The position numbers and the translations under genes were made by a program. DNA of 64,000 bases from Amphiscolops sp. MND2022 (Eukaryota), in contig OZ076409.1 in assembly GCA_964187785.1 (NCBI GenBank), positions 40,736,001-40,800,000 on the forward strand. The letters run 5' to 3'. Of the stretch, positions 63,883-64,000 are shown in pieces (position 1 is the stretch's first letter; every line of letters starts with the position of its first letter). The notes beneath the pieces are model-generated. The model searched no databases. It was given only the letters and a program-made list of their open reading frames with translations, and was not told the origin of the DNA.

Positions 63883-64000
63883 TCAAGCTACGAAAAAAAC
63901 TTTCTGGCATCATCAAGCCTTGCGAGCATTGTAAGAATATAGAATTTACTCTTTGATTACATTTTCTCCTTTATCCAGCGACAGCAGTAGGCAAAATGGA

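Overview
AT-rich, transposon-dense animal (metazoan) genomic DNA with one 200-N scaffold gap (12163-12362). The species cannot be established from sequence alone. There are two plausible host genes, both on the minus strand. One is a Pitx (K50 paired-like) homeobox gene, with its main exon at 14964-14072 and a likely first coding exon at 18315-17991. The other is an unassigned ~338-aa ORF with a LIM-like Zn-finger half (38159-37143). Most of the remaining recognisable sequence is nested mobile DNA. It includes four decayed short-LTR Ty3/Gypsy elements (three with both LTRs and 5-bp TSDs, three with tRNA-Ser-like PBS). It also includes five remnants of unusually long (1.3-2.4 kb) solo LTRs from two families, which carry a 130-190-codon reading frame inside the LTR that runs off the LTR 3' end. 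The window also holds a Helentron/DINE-1-like non-autonomous family, several TIR MITEs, a tRNA-derived SINE and a TE carrying a ~172-bp tandem array. There is also a striking set of long palindromes, including two adjacent perfect ones (79-bp and 230-bp arms) that share the centre TA-C-TA. Most short ORFs in the supplied track are spurious or are TE fragments. All calls come from reading the sequence by eye; no database search was run.
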